From NCBI GenBank assembly GCA_051362555.1, contig JBPQGU010000016.1:6076001-6140000 (forward strand): DNA of 64,000 bases, written 5' to 3'. The notes under the pieces are model-generated. The model was not told the DNA's origin. It did no database searches and saw only the letters and a program-made list of their open reading frames with translations. This DNA is from Lingula anatina. Lineage: Eukaryota > Animalia > Brachiopoda. Positions 14,388 through 26,309 of the stretch are shown piece after piece. Position 1 is the first letter of the stretch. Each line of letters starts with the position of its first letter. Both the position numbers and the translations under genes were made by a program.

Positions 14388-14531
14388 ATGGAGAGATAGG
14401 AAGTAGGTGATTTTATCGGAACTCTCAATTTACCTGTACGTTGCAGTAATTAAACTGTTAGCTTACGTGGCAGCTCTGATTAAGAGTGTCACCTGAAAAT
14501 CTTTTGTCCGACTTAAACTTTCAAGATGTGC
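14388..14531 (+). pseudogene. Degenerate duplicate of the signal-peptide exon
   Basis: Aligns to 13558-13690 and reads ILSELSIYLYVAVIKLLAYVA. The GTAAG donor is deleted and there is an in-frame TAG upstream. Confidence 0.65.
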
Positions 14532-15444
14532 AAAGTTTGATTTCAATCACGCTCCCTGCGGCAACTGCCGATACGAAACCAGCACCTGACAACAGTGAAA
14601 TTATCATCCCAAGAGGAAATCTTGTAGCCCTATTTCTACAATTATTATTATCATCATTGAATAATAAGACTCTGCCCACCACCAATTAACTCAAACATTA
14701 CAGAAAGAAGGTTCCGTTAAGATGTTATGTTGTTGGTGTGATCTGTAAGTTTGATGTTCATTACATAGGATTGGACGTTGCTTTAACAAATTAAAAAAAA
14801 CCCACAACACTCTTAAAATTAGACTGCGCTAAATAGGGTATCGACTAGTAAGCAAACAAAAATCAAGGAGGGAGGGATGTGCTAAAGAAACGGCATAATT
14901 ACGGATTACTATTAGCACCTCTTTACTATCTAGAATTGTACACCATACTGATTCTTGTCAAAGCAGACACAGCCTCTAAATACTGTAATACAATTGATGT
15001 AGTGTTTACCCCCCCCCCCCCCTCACCCCCACTGATAATGACTGGCCTGTAATTGTGCGTTTAACAAAGGTAGTGGTACAGTGATATTCACGCCTTAAGC
15101 CTCTGGCGATAGTCAAGCAAGCAGAACAAGATATAAAACCAGGGACAGCATTAACTTGAAAGGAACACTTTCAATTCAGGTTAATTTAAAGCTGATTCAT
15201 GTTTGGAGATTCCCTAGCGATAATAACCACCAACTAACAAATTATGTGCAAGTTATATAAACATTTGGTCATAGGGTAAATGTATAAGCAATTCATATGC
15301 ATTTCAACATTTTCTGAGGTTAAATAACCCTTTAAATGAAAGAGAGACAGAAAAAAAGGAAAATTGTCGTGAACGTGAAGCAAGTCTTTTGCTTCCTGGT
15401 TAAAAATGAACAGAAAACAACACCGATATTGAGGGCCTTACAAT

Positions 15445-16389
15445 GGGTCAAGTTCAAGGACACTCGAACCCGGGGTCTATCAAAGGCGGTTCATTACACA
15501 TTTTCACCAGTCTGTTGGTCTTGCCAACAGGCGAGGCTGCTGGAAAGACCAACAGCCTCAGTATAATCCAGTAACTAACCACCAGGCACTGGTGATATTG
15601 CATCACTTGCACTGCTCAATGAGGGTTACACCTTTTAAAAGAAAAATTGCGTGCAGAACTGCAGGTGAAGGTAAATGGGCATCCTTGCAGTCTGTGTTGT
15701 ATTTATTTTGAGAATAGTTTGACAAATAATATAAATATAATTTATAAAAATATAAAGTAGGTAAAAAGAATAATGTAATTTTATTAACACAAAAAATTAC
15801 ATAAATTAACTTGTACAAATGTACGGTAAACCCCAAATCGTCCAGCTCCGACATGTTTAGACTTGCTTGGTCGGACATCCAGATTTCTGGTCCCCTCTTG
15901 AAATTAGAATTAAGACTAGCTGAATCATAGTTCTTAACCGTACCAAATGGCACCGTTCGCCCTGTAAAATACATTTTTTCAAATTATGCGCAATGCAGTC
16001 GCTAAGTTACATAAACGCGAGGTCATAGTATACCTGAAAGTGTATAAGTAATCCGTATGCAATTCAACTTTTTCTGGGGTAACATATTCCTTCAAATGAA
16101 AAAAAAAGAAAGAAAAGCAAGAAGACTCATGTTCAATCCAGTGACCACACACCATGCAATGGTTTCTAGACATTGCGTCACTCGCTACCCAATGAGGGTT
16201 AATGCAGGTCAAAGGTCACTCCTAAAGCTATATAAGGCGGTGTAACACGTAGAATCACCAGTCTGTTGGCATGTCCAGCAGGCGCGAATCTGATGGCACA
16301 TGCCCACATGCTCTCAGATTCAGAAAAATCCAGTGAGCACCAACCATGCAATGGTAACATTGCGTCACTCACACTATTCAGTGCGGGTT
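15445..16389. repeat. ~200-bp diverged structured repeat, about 2.5 copies (15445-15627, 16135-16200, 16207-16389)
   Basis: Shared blocks AAGGCGGT, TCACCAGTCTGTTGG, AATCCAGT, ACCA..GCA.TGGT, ATTGCRTCACT and GGGTT, with hairpins conserved between copies. Confidence 0.6.
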
Positions 16390-18488
16390 GGGCAGATTTT
16401 CTTTAATTTATTGTTTCTTAAACAATTTTCATTTTTGACAGAGGTCGGAGGGGGTGAAAAATATATTTCAAAATCATGACTTTTTGGTAACTCACTTTCA
16501 ACACTACATTAGACAATGGTAAAAACTAAAACAGAGAAAAGCTATTTTTGGACAAAAACAGCAATTTCTTCTCAATATTTTATTTGTCTAAATAAATGTC
16601 AATTCTACGAATCATTCTTGTAAATTACAAAATAATAATAAAAAACATGCTTTTACGCTGCTGGTTCCCTCTTGAAACACTCCACACGTGACGCAAGTTG
16701 TGCAGTTGATATGTTCATTTCTGACAGAAAGCAGTCAATAAAATTGCCTAAAACATCTGTAACACTGACCGGACAGACCATTTTGCATAATAATTTTGGT
16801 CCCTACTTCACTATAAACTGAGCCACACAACAGTGGTCAAATTCCTGCTTAAATCAAGACGGCTACTCCAGCACACTTTCCCGCCATTTTGCATTAATTT
16901 GACACATGTAGTAGTACGTGTAGTGTAAAATATCAACGAAGTACTGATTGGCTTAAAAACCGGAAGCTAGAGGAAATGAACCAAGCGTTTACCTTGGCAC
17001 AAATGGCCTTCGTTAAACTTGTAGGCAGTCATGTGACGTGAGAGTGCCGTGAAACTTATTAACTTATTAGTTTTCGCATTTATGTTATTCCGATTGAACA
17101 GTATGATTAGTCGGACGTCGGTGAAAAAAGGGAAATTATTTTTGGTTTAAATTTTATTTATTTATTTTTCTTTTTTGGCCATTTTAAAGTCGGCTCACTG
17201 ACTCACTTAGTCAAAGTTATGCCTGGGTTGCATCACAGTTAGCGGGAAACTGGACCTGCACTATTATAGACCACAATACCGTGACATATCACCGACTCGT
17301 TGACAAAGGTATCATTTACAAGAAATCAGTAAATCAATGTGAATTACTCTTAAGCTTCCTATTCTAACCAGGGCAAAGGGTCGCGTCGCAGCGTAACAGA
17401 GGACGATTTAATAGCCCACAATTAAGCAAGATCATATATCACGCCTCTTTTCAAACATGATTGTGTTGCCGTAAGGCGAGAAACACCCCGCCGTCACCCT
17501 ATTTGCATAAGCCCACCCCTTTTTACTCATCGCTGCATGTGTGTAAGATGTACGTAAGATGTGAGTAAGATGTACGTAAGTCGGCATTGTCCTTTAGCCT
17601 ACGGATTTTCACACAATTCTTTTGTCCTCTTAAGGGGCGTACGTAAGACAACTTAATCGTTTTTGGAGTAAGCGTATCCGTAATGTCACCTTCTCTGCAC
17701 AAAACTGTAGCCGTTTCTTGCTTACATTTTACGCATTTCTGTGCTTCAGCCACCTTTTTAGTTTGACAGAAAGCAATGCACGCTTCATACGACCTTTTTA
17801 TATGCACACCTTGTACATCATCTACACCTAACCATAGAAGTAGAGAAACTTCTATGACCTAACATTGCCATGCTGGAAACAGCAGAGGACTACCATGACC
17901 CCTGTGGCGCGCGGTTCCTGTCATGCGCACTTCGTATTTCCGCAAAAGATGAAAAAGGTTAATAGGAACTCATATGTTGAGTCTTCCTGTGACCTTGAAT
18001 TTGACCTTTTATTCGCCATGAACATCACTTCACAAGTTTGGATTTTACCTTTTACTTATCCCGATGATTTAGTTATTAATTACATTTTTAAATAAAAAAT
18101 TAAGAACTCTTGCTTATTGCATTTTGTAGAGCTTGTCAAGCACAACACTGGAAGTGGTGTCCCTTTTCATTTTGTTTTTCTTATGAATGTGCTTACTCCA
18201 GCCTAGGATCCAAAATATTATTTTGGATCCTAGCTCCAGCTAGTGATATAATACCCATAAGCGGTATCACCTCTCTGATTTTCTTCTTGATATGCTGGTT
18301 ATCCTAATAAAGGTTTTAAGCTGCAAGACCCCTTAGCTTCCAATTTGGCATGTTTAATATGCACAGCTTAGATATTGTCAAGAGATTTTCAAGATCGCAT
18401 TTCTCTCATATTGAAACGCGATATGAATTGTAGATTGTATAGAAATATTTGTTAGATTCATTTTTAAGCTTTGTATATCTATTGTTCT

Positions 18489-20606
18489 TTCTTTGATGAC
18501 GCTGAGGATGCTTTCAACACTTTCAACAACCTCTTTAGTGACAAAGTAGATAAACACTTGCCAATGAAAACCAAAAGGATCAAAGGGAGAAATGCTCCCT
18601 TTATGAACAGTGAATACAGAAAGTGTGTCAGTAGAAAACAACAGCTAAGAAATAGGTTTTATAAAAGTAGAACATCACAAAATTGGGAGGACTTCAGACA
18701 AATGCGAAACAAATGTGCAAAACTCCGGAGGAACAGTATTAAAAACTATTTTATGGAGAGATGTACAGGAGGTGCAAAAAACCCAAATTTCTGGAAAACA
18801 ATTAAACCGTTTGTGAGCAAAAAATCAAACTCTGGCTGCAATGACATTGTTCTCATAGAAAATGACACAGTAGTAAATTCACGGACAGAGATTGCCAGCA
18901 TATTCAATAATCACTTTACTAATGTAGCCTCCCACATTGGGAGAAACAGCTCCTCGGATCCAGTGGAAATCAGCCATTATGAGAATCACTCCAGTATTCG
19001 CTACATAAAAGAAAATCAGGCTGAAGAAAAAGTTTTTCATTTCATGCCCGTGTCGGAACAAAATGTCTACAATCGATTGACTAAAATTGATACAAAGAAA
19101 AGCACAGGACACGACAACATTTCTCCAAAAATTGTGAAAATAGCAGCTGCCTCAATTGCGGGTCCCCTTACCAAATGTATCAATAGAGGCATGACAGAAA
19201 ACTGCTTCTTTTCTGACCTGAAAAAGGCCGATGTTACACCCATCCATAAGAAAAAGGACACTTCTGACAAGGAAAATTATAGGCCAGTAAGTGTGCTCCC
19301 AGTATTTTCAAAAATATATGAAGGGATTATGGCAGAACAACTGAACTCTTTTTTCTCAGACATTTTTTCTCCGTACCTTTCGGCATTCAGGCATGGACAT
19401 AGCTGCCAGACACTCTTGATCAAAATGGTAGAGGACTGGAAACAAAGTTTAGACAAAAACAAATATGTTGGCGCAGTTCTAATGGACCTATCGAAGGCAT
19501 TTGACAGTATACCACACACTTTACTACTTGCCAAATTAGAGGCATATGGTCTCGACAAAAATGCCTTAGACTTAATGCACAGCTACTTGAGTAAAAGAAA
19601 ACAGCGAGTGAAAGTCGGCGATACTCTAAGCTGTTGGGAAAATCTACATAAAGGTGTTCCTCAAGGTTCCATCATTGGTCCCCTGCTGTTCAACATTTTC
19701 ATAAATGACATCTTTCATTCTATTGAAAATTGTCACCTCTACAACTACGCAGATGATAACACCTTAAGTGCTGCACACCCAGACTTTGATACCTTAAAAA
19801 GGGAGCTCGAATATGATGCACAAAATGCTATAAACTGGTTCTCTTTAAACGAGATGGAAGCTAACCCTGAAAAATTCCAAGCTATTTTTATTGGCAAAAC
19901 AGGAGTCAACCATAGTGATGAGCAGTTATTCTTCAATGGAAAATTGGTGAAACCAGAACCTTGGGTCAAGCTCCTTGGGGTTTACTTTGACTCAAGACTG
20001 ACTTTTAACAAACACATTTCAGAATTATGTTCAAAAACAGCATGTCAATTAAACACACTGAAAAGGCTTTCAGCTCATCTAGATATCCCAAGTCGGCTTG
20101 CCATTTTCAGGCACTTTACATTATCAAACTTTAATTATTGTCCGTTAGTATGGCACTTTTGTGGTGAGGGAAATATGAAAAAATTAGAAAAGATACAGGA
20201 AAGGGGTCTAAGATTTGTCTACGACAACCACACAAGCAGTTACGACGAGCTTTTAAATATGTCAGGCCTCAGCACTCTGCACTTGAACAGGCTACGTATG
20301 CTTGCACTTGAGGTTTACAAAGCTATACATGGACTTGCACCTTCCTACATCTCCGACCTTTTCCAAGAAAGAACAACAAGTTATAACCTTAGAGGAGAAA
20401 AGACTCTAAATATTCCCAGATTTAACACAGTGACATATGGCAAAAAATCCTTATCATATCTTGGGCGAAAAATATGGAATGATCTCTCAAATGACTTAAA
20501 GCAAAGCATCAATTCAAATGAGTTTAAATCACTTTTAAGGCTTTGGGAAGGACCCAAATGCAGATGTAGCCTGTGCAACCTATATGCTTTTAGTGAAAAT
20601 GTGTAA
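18489..20606 (+). CDS. LINE ORF2 reverse transcriptase (endonuclease lost by 5' truncation)
   Basis: Uninterrupted frame with NYRPVSVLP, DLSKAFD, GVPQGS, YADD and a C-terminal WEGPKCRCSLC. Confidence 0.92.
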   Translation, partial: FFDDAEDAFNTFNNLFSDKVDKHLPMKTKRIKGRNAPFMNSEYRKCVSRKQQLRNRFYKSRTSQNWEDFRQMRNKCAKLRRNSIKNYFMERCTGGAKNPNFWKTIKPFVSKKSNSGCNDIVLIENDTVVNSRTEIASIFNNHFTNVASHIGRNSSSDPVEISHYENHSSIRYIKENQAEEKVFHFMPVSEQNVYNRLTKIDTKKSTGHDNISPKIVKIAAASIAGPLTKCINRGMTENCFFSDLKKADVTPIHKKKDTSDKENYRPVSVLPVFSKIYEGIMAEQLNSFFSDIFSPYLSAFRHGHSCQTLLIKMVEDWKQSLDKNKYVGAVLMDLSKAFDSIPHTLLLAKLEAYGLDKNALDLMHSYLSKRKQRVKVGDTLSCWENLHKGVPQGSIIGPLLFNIFINDIFHSIENCHLYNYADDNTLSAAHPDFDTLKRELEYDAQNAINWFSLNEMEANPEKFQAIFIGKTGVNHSDEQLFFNGKLVKPEPWVKLLGVYFDSRLTFNKHISELCSKTACQLNTLKRLSAHLDIPSRLAIFRHFTLSNFNYCPLVWHFCGEGNMKKLEKIQERGLRFVYDNHTSSYDELLNMSGLSTLHLNRLRMLALEVYKAIHGLAPSYISDLFQERTTSYNLRGEKTLNIPRFNTVTYGKKSLSYLGRKIWNDLSNDLKQSINSNEFKSLLRLWEGPKCRCSLCNLYAFSENV

Positions 20607-20791
20607 TAATACGTCATGTTTACATTGTTTATATAACTGTATCATTGAGCATTGTACTAGTATGTAAAATTGTCTGTTTTTCACAGTCGATTTAGGTATA
20701 GCATTCTGCACATTTCCCATAAAAAAAAACTTTTTTCTCTTTTTTCTAAATTGTTATCTTAATAGATTTCGTGTTTTTGTTTACTCTTTGT

Positions 20792-20826
<35 letters not shown>

Positions 20827-20980
20827 AGACTTCATGTGTAATATTGCATTATCGTAGATATGTTTTTGTCCTTATACAGTCGGAGAATAGCTGTAAAGCT
20901 AATGTTTCCATTCAATTTGTAACCGACATGAAATAAAATTTATTGTATTGTATTGTATTGTATTGTATTGTATTGTATTG
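18489..20980 (+). mobile_element. 5'-truncated young CR1/L2-group LINE
   Basis: RT ORF, 3' UTR, AATAAA (20932-20937) and a (TATTG)n tail. TSD TATTGTTCT at 18480-18488 and 20981-20989. Confidence 0.9.
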
Positions 20981-22244
20981 TATTGTTCTAATTTTATGAA
21001 TGTCTCATACACAAATGTTTGTCTGCATACTTGAGACATATATGTTCACATACTCAGAGGGAGATAAGAATTATTTTGAGTATGTTCACAAACAATCCCA
21101 TACACTGCTTAAATCTTAATATGCTGGAAACAATGATACACTGTAACATACGCTCAAAATAATACGTATAATTGATGTAAATTGTATGCTTCTTATAAAT
21201 GCACATATTTACGCGTGTGACAGAGCCTTTAGTATATCATGTTGTTGTTTGTAAATTTGTTAGATGAATGATTATTGTTACTGCACTAAACAGTGCTATT
21301 TTATACAAACACGTGCATTACACTGGTATGGTATCCAGTTGTTGAAACATTCCCAATACATTTAAACTATATCAGGATAAAGGTGAATATTTAAAAAAAT
21401 TGTCTGATATGTATAGTTCATAAGAGTTATTAATGTAGTTTTAAGTTGTTGGCAATCTTAGTTTCCCAATGTTAAAGTCATAATAACTCTTCATTTTGGC
21501 CAAAAATTGGATTTTCCTGGAGTAAACGGCAATTTTCCCGTACTTACCAATGGTCAGCGACCCCATTCCTGCATTCAAAGTTAGTCCAGGGTTCTTTTCC
21601 TAAACGTTTGGTTTTTTGTTAAAATCTCTAAAGAGATTTTAACTGACGGAGCCCACTCTGACATTGCATAGTCAAGCGATATCGAGCGATAGTTTCTGGT
21701 GACCTACTTAAAACTGCGGGAAAAGCAGACAACAACAACACTACATAACAATAATATAAGATTCATAAGATATATTAGTCTTATTGCTCAAAATGCATTT
21801 ATATCTACAATGTGTGCTATTCTAGGCTTTTCGTTATCCAATGCACTGTACAAAAACTCGCAACTTACGTCTGCGTATTGCATCAGGCTTTTCGCGCCAG
21901 AAGTTATTTTGGTCTCGAATGAACGCGAGAATCCGCGTGACATCCCCACGTCATTGGCAACGGATGCCTTAACGACCGTGAAGAAAGGCATCGAAAGCCC
22001 TATTGACAAGCACAGATTTTAGTTTTACTACAATAACGGCCGTATTAGTGGTAAAATGCAATAAAATATATTTCCATGCGTTGTTTACAATGTATTTCTT
22101 GCAGAATTTTGAATCTCAAAGGAAGAGTTATTATTGCGTTAATAAAATTTCTAAATGGGTACATTTTTGGAACATCCTGTAGATAAGAGAAGGCTGACGT
22201 TTTTGTCAAATTTGTATTTTACAACTTTTTTCTTCTGTTCATAG

Positions 22245-22431
22245 CAGTGCAACAGCCCAGCATTGCCTTAGTGCCTGATAGTCTAACAATACAGAAGAAT
22301 TTACACAGCAACATAGTAGTTGCTTGTGAGGCATCAGGAGTGGCAAGCCAAGATCAAATGGATTTTAAGTGGTACCTTGGAAATGATGGTATTCCAGAGA
22401 AAGAAATTACTTCAGCTGTTATATACTCAGA
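22245..22431 (+). CDS. NCAM/Fasciclin-II-like gene, exon 2 (Ig1 N-half)
   Basis: Polypyrimidine tract + TAGCAG tandem acceptor (start 22245 or 22248). Encodes VQQPSIALVP..VVACEASG..FKWY with the B-strand Cys and C-strand Trp. GA|GTAAGT donor, phase 2. Confidence 0.85.
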
Positions 22432-23239
22432 GTAAGTATAGTTTTTTCCAGTGTTTGTGTTCTGTACTTTATAGATTACTATACACAATTTAAGTAATGT
22501 CCATTGGAAAAAAAAGATAAAAAATGCTGATTTAGCTTACACATATATGCCACTTAAGCTTGTATTGATCATACAGCTGATAATGCAAACATTCTTACAA
22601 AGGTGATTGATATGAAGAAGATTGTTGAGCTGTAGTCTTTTTATGAACAGTTATACTTGCGATAATTATCCCCACACTTTTGGGACAAAAAGTCGGGGAT
22701 CATGATATTCTGCCCATCTGTGCGTCTGTGTGTTAGTAATTTCGGCTATCTCCTCCTAGACTATTGCAGGTAGGAAGTTGAAACTTTGGGAATTGGTGGA
22801 CCCATCTTTAGGGATGTGCATGGGCACATTGGAATTTTAGTGCAACAGGGTATTGGGCTGTCTCTGGGGGGTACTTGATTCAAAATTCTTATGACATTGT
22901 AATTTCTGCTATCTCCTCCTAGACCGTTAGAGATAGGAAATTGAAACTATGGGAATTGGAAGATCCATCATCAGGGATGTGCATGGGCATTTTGGAATTT
23001 TAGTGCCACAGGGGTTGGGCTTTCCCGGGGGGTGGTTGATTCTAAATTCTTACAACATGTGTAATTTTCACTATCTCCTCTTAGACCATTGCAGATAGGA
23101 AGTTGAAACTTTGGGAATTGGTAGACCCATCTTCAGGGATGTGCATGAGCACATTGGAATTTTAGTGCAACAGGGGATTGGGCTGTCCCTGGGGGTAGTT
23201 GATTCTAAATACTTATGACATTGTAATTTCTGCTATCTC

Positions 23240-23417
23240 CAGGGGAGGATTTAGGCCGTCTTCTGGGTCTTCCGGAAGACTGTCAGATTTTCAAGTTTGC
23301 ATTGCCGGGTATTTAATTTTTTCTGTTTGAAGAGATCAGAAGACGGTCAAAAATGGAAGATGGATCAACAAAGATAATTTGGAAGACTGTCAGAAAATAT
23401 CTCTGGATCCGCCCCTG
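23240..23417. mobile_element. MITE (CAGGGGCGGAT type)
   Basis: TIR CAGGGGAGGAT / ATCCGCCCCTG with 5-bp TSD ATCTC, inside a repeat unit. Confidence 0.7.
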
Positions 23418-23656
23418 ATCTCTTCCTAGACCTTTAGAGATAGGATATTGAAACTGTGGGAATTGGAAGATCCATCATCAGGGATGTGCATATTCACTTT
23501 GGAATTTTAGTGCAACAGGGGGTTGTGCTGTCCCCGGGGGTTGGTTGATTCTGAATTCTTTTCACATTGTAGTTTCTGCTATTTTCTCCTAGACCATTGC
23601 AGGTAGGAAGTTGAAATTTTGGTGATTAGTATACCCATCATCAGAAATGTACATGG

Positions 23657-24236
23657 TGTGGGGAACCCCCTGGGGCCCCCACATTACATTAAATGACCCT
23701 TTAATATTATAATCCCAGGGGTTTGGGCTCAACAGGCTTACATCTTTGGATAACACTATCTGTAATACTGCTACGGAGATTCCCAGGTTCCTTGTCTTAA
23801 AATCTGCACACGGAATAGAATGAAACGACTCCATGTTGTAACTTCAACAGAATATATTTTGCTACACTAAGAGTTACATGATACAAGTATGACTTCTCTC
23901 TCTTACAGGTTTTTATACTTAACTTTATCAACTAAACTGTCAATCACATAACTTAAAAACTGATTGGTTACTTCATACACAAGTCCACCCTTTCCTGGTG
24001 GTCACCGTTAATAACTCCCTGTAATCAAGTTCTAACAGATTACTGGCTTCGAAAAAAAGGACATTAAAATTTGAACTGCAAGGTGTGAAGTATTATCTGA
24101 AGCTACTTAAACAACATGGCTTCCCATGTCTGAATTTTATGAAACAATGGCTTCCTCTGATTGAATTAATACCATACCATGTATGAAAGTTTTAAAAGTA
24201 CTAATTACACTTTTTTCTATACCGTGGTTCCTGACA
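23657..24236. mobile_element. Solo LTR
   Basis: TGTGGGGAACC...GGTTCCTGACA, 580 bp, with 4-bp TSD ATGG. It interrupts a HINE-D repeat unit. Confidence 0.75.
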
Positions 24237-25195
24237 ATGGGCACTTTTGAATTTTAGTGCAGCAGGGGGTTGGGCTGTCCCTGGGGGTTGGTTGATTCTA
24301 AATTCTTTTAACATTGTAGATTTCTTTACATTTATATTTTTAAATACCTTTGGATGAAGCAGTGATGTGTGTATATGTGTGTGCGTACGTGCTTGTATAC
24401 ATGCGTGTGTGGTAAGGGGTGAGCTGCTCTATGGAGAAATGCAGGGATATGTGATGGCTACCCATTGACACCATCTAGTTTTCTCTTGTCTGGACTGCAA
24501 CTCCTTACTCTGGTCAACTTTACCTAACAAAGAATTAAAAAACTACAGCGATTCAGTGTATCTTTTAACCAGCACAGCCAGGGAGACTCACATCATGCCC
24601 ATTTTAAAGCAGTTGCACTGTTAGAGCACACATTTTATTCAAAATTTTCACTTTTATGCATGCAATTTTTGGAACCGTTCACATGAAAAATTTTTCTAAA
24701 AATCTAAAAATCTATTGGTGATATCTTGTGATCACGGTCTGTGCCCTGAATACCCCATGGTGTTATTACTGGCAGCACGAGCCAGTTACTTCCAAAGCTG
24801 TAATTAATTCTTGGCTGCGCTCGGAGGAGATTCTGACACCTTGACGCATATGCAGTAGTATCTCTAAGCTGTGGAGTTCATCAGTTTAGTTGTGACGACT
24901 CAAGCATACAGACGCGTAATATGGCTAGTGATAGTGCTTGTTGTTGCACAAGATTGACAAACACATTTTTCAAAGCAACTGTGACTGCCATTTACTTTCT
25001 AACTTCCTATTGCGCATGCGTCAAGGTATGAGCATGGGGAATACGAAAAAATCAAGATGGCCGCCAATGCCAAAGAAATATATACGACTTGCATTATTCG
25101 AAAGGTGCGATGTGCGCATGACCGGAATTGTGCACTGCAGGGGTCAAAATAGTACCGGAAGCGTTGTTGACAGCGTGACAGCTATAAGAACACAT

Positions 25196-25326
25196 GATGG
25201 AAGCAGAAGACATGCCAGGGCGATATTAAACAAGCCATTTGAGGCGACAACGGTGCCGGAGTTGAAACATTGGTTAAAATATAGGAATGCCCGCACATCA
25301 GGCAAAAAAGAAGAGCTGATAAAAAG
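25196..25326 (+). pseudogene. SAP-domain exon of the transposon's second gene
   Basis: KPFEATTVPELKHWLKYRNARTSGKKEELIKR (SAP motif), followed by a GT donor. Confidence 0.65.
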
Positions 25327-26309
25327 GTGTGTTACACGATATTTTCTTAAATACAAGACCAAATACAAAACCGTAATGTGGTCATTATGTAACTATGTTC
25401 ACCTGAGTCATTTATTGGGGAGATAAATTTGTCACCTGGTTCAGGCAATTATCTGATACAATATCTGAGGTGGGCTAGTGCACTGTACAGATAATTAGTA
25501 CAAGCTCACTGTCAATATCAGTGCATCTATCATTTGTTTCTTCTTCATTATCTTTCTGTTGTGTATCCAGGTAGATTTCGGTTAAAAAAATATGACTAGT
25601 CATGTCAGTTTTCTGTTTTGTCATCAGTCTAATATGTAGGTATGTAAATAAATCACTGTTATAGATGTGTTGATGATGACTTTAATAATTATTTTCATGA
25701 CTATTTTTTACTTGTTTTATAGGTGTAAACTGTACAGTGGGGATAGAGAGAGAAAATAGTGGATCCAGACGGTGGAGTTTGGCAGAGAAAATTAGAAGTA
25801 GGCCTACTGAATATCCATCAGTACTAATCAAGGCAGTGGAGAATGGACCAAGTCCTTGAAGGGAATGCCCAAACCGTTTTTTTTTTTTTTCTTTTTTATA
25901 TTTGCCTTTTAATAAATACAATTCAAGATTTCGTTTCACAATTCTATTTTGCATAATAAAACCAATGATGTTAATTGTCTTGGAAATATCTTTCCAAGGT
26001 ACCATACGGTATTTCATGTTTTAAAATGCAATGTTTTAAACATTTCCTAGATATGTTCAAGTGCATTGTGATAATAAAAATGTGATGTTTGGTAAAATTG
26101 TTCTCTTTTTTGTTATTTGCATAAGCAATATACGATTCAATACTCCTTCACAGTCAGGTTTAAACCTGGTTTTAGTTTTACTCAGGTCTAAGCAATGGCG
26201 ATAACAATACACTAAAACCTAAGAAAAACTAAAACCAGGTTTCACCTTGCTGTGAAATCAAACCAAAGTTTCACATGGCAGTTTTCAAGCCATTTTTTTT
26301 TTATACCGA

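Larger units (their letters stand above)
22666..24480 (+). mobile_element. HINE family D with ~162-bp internal tandem repeats
   Basis: 5' TTATCCCC..GGGGAT hairpin. Repeat units start at 22746, 22909, 23071 and 23233. 3' GGGATA + GATGG..CCATC hairpin + TAGT. Confidence 0.65.
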
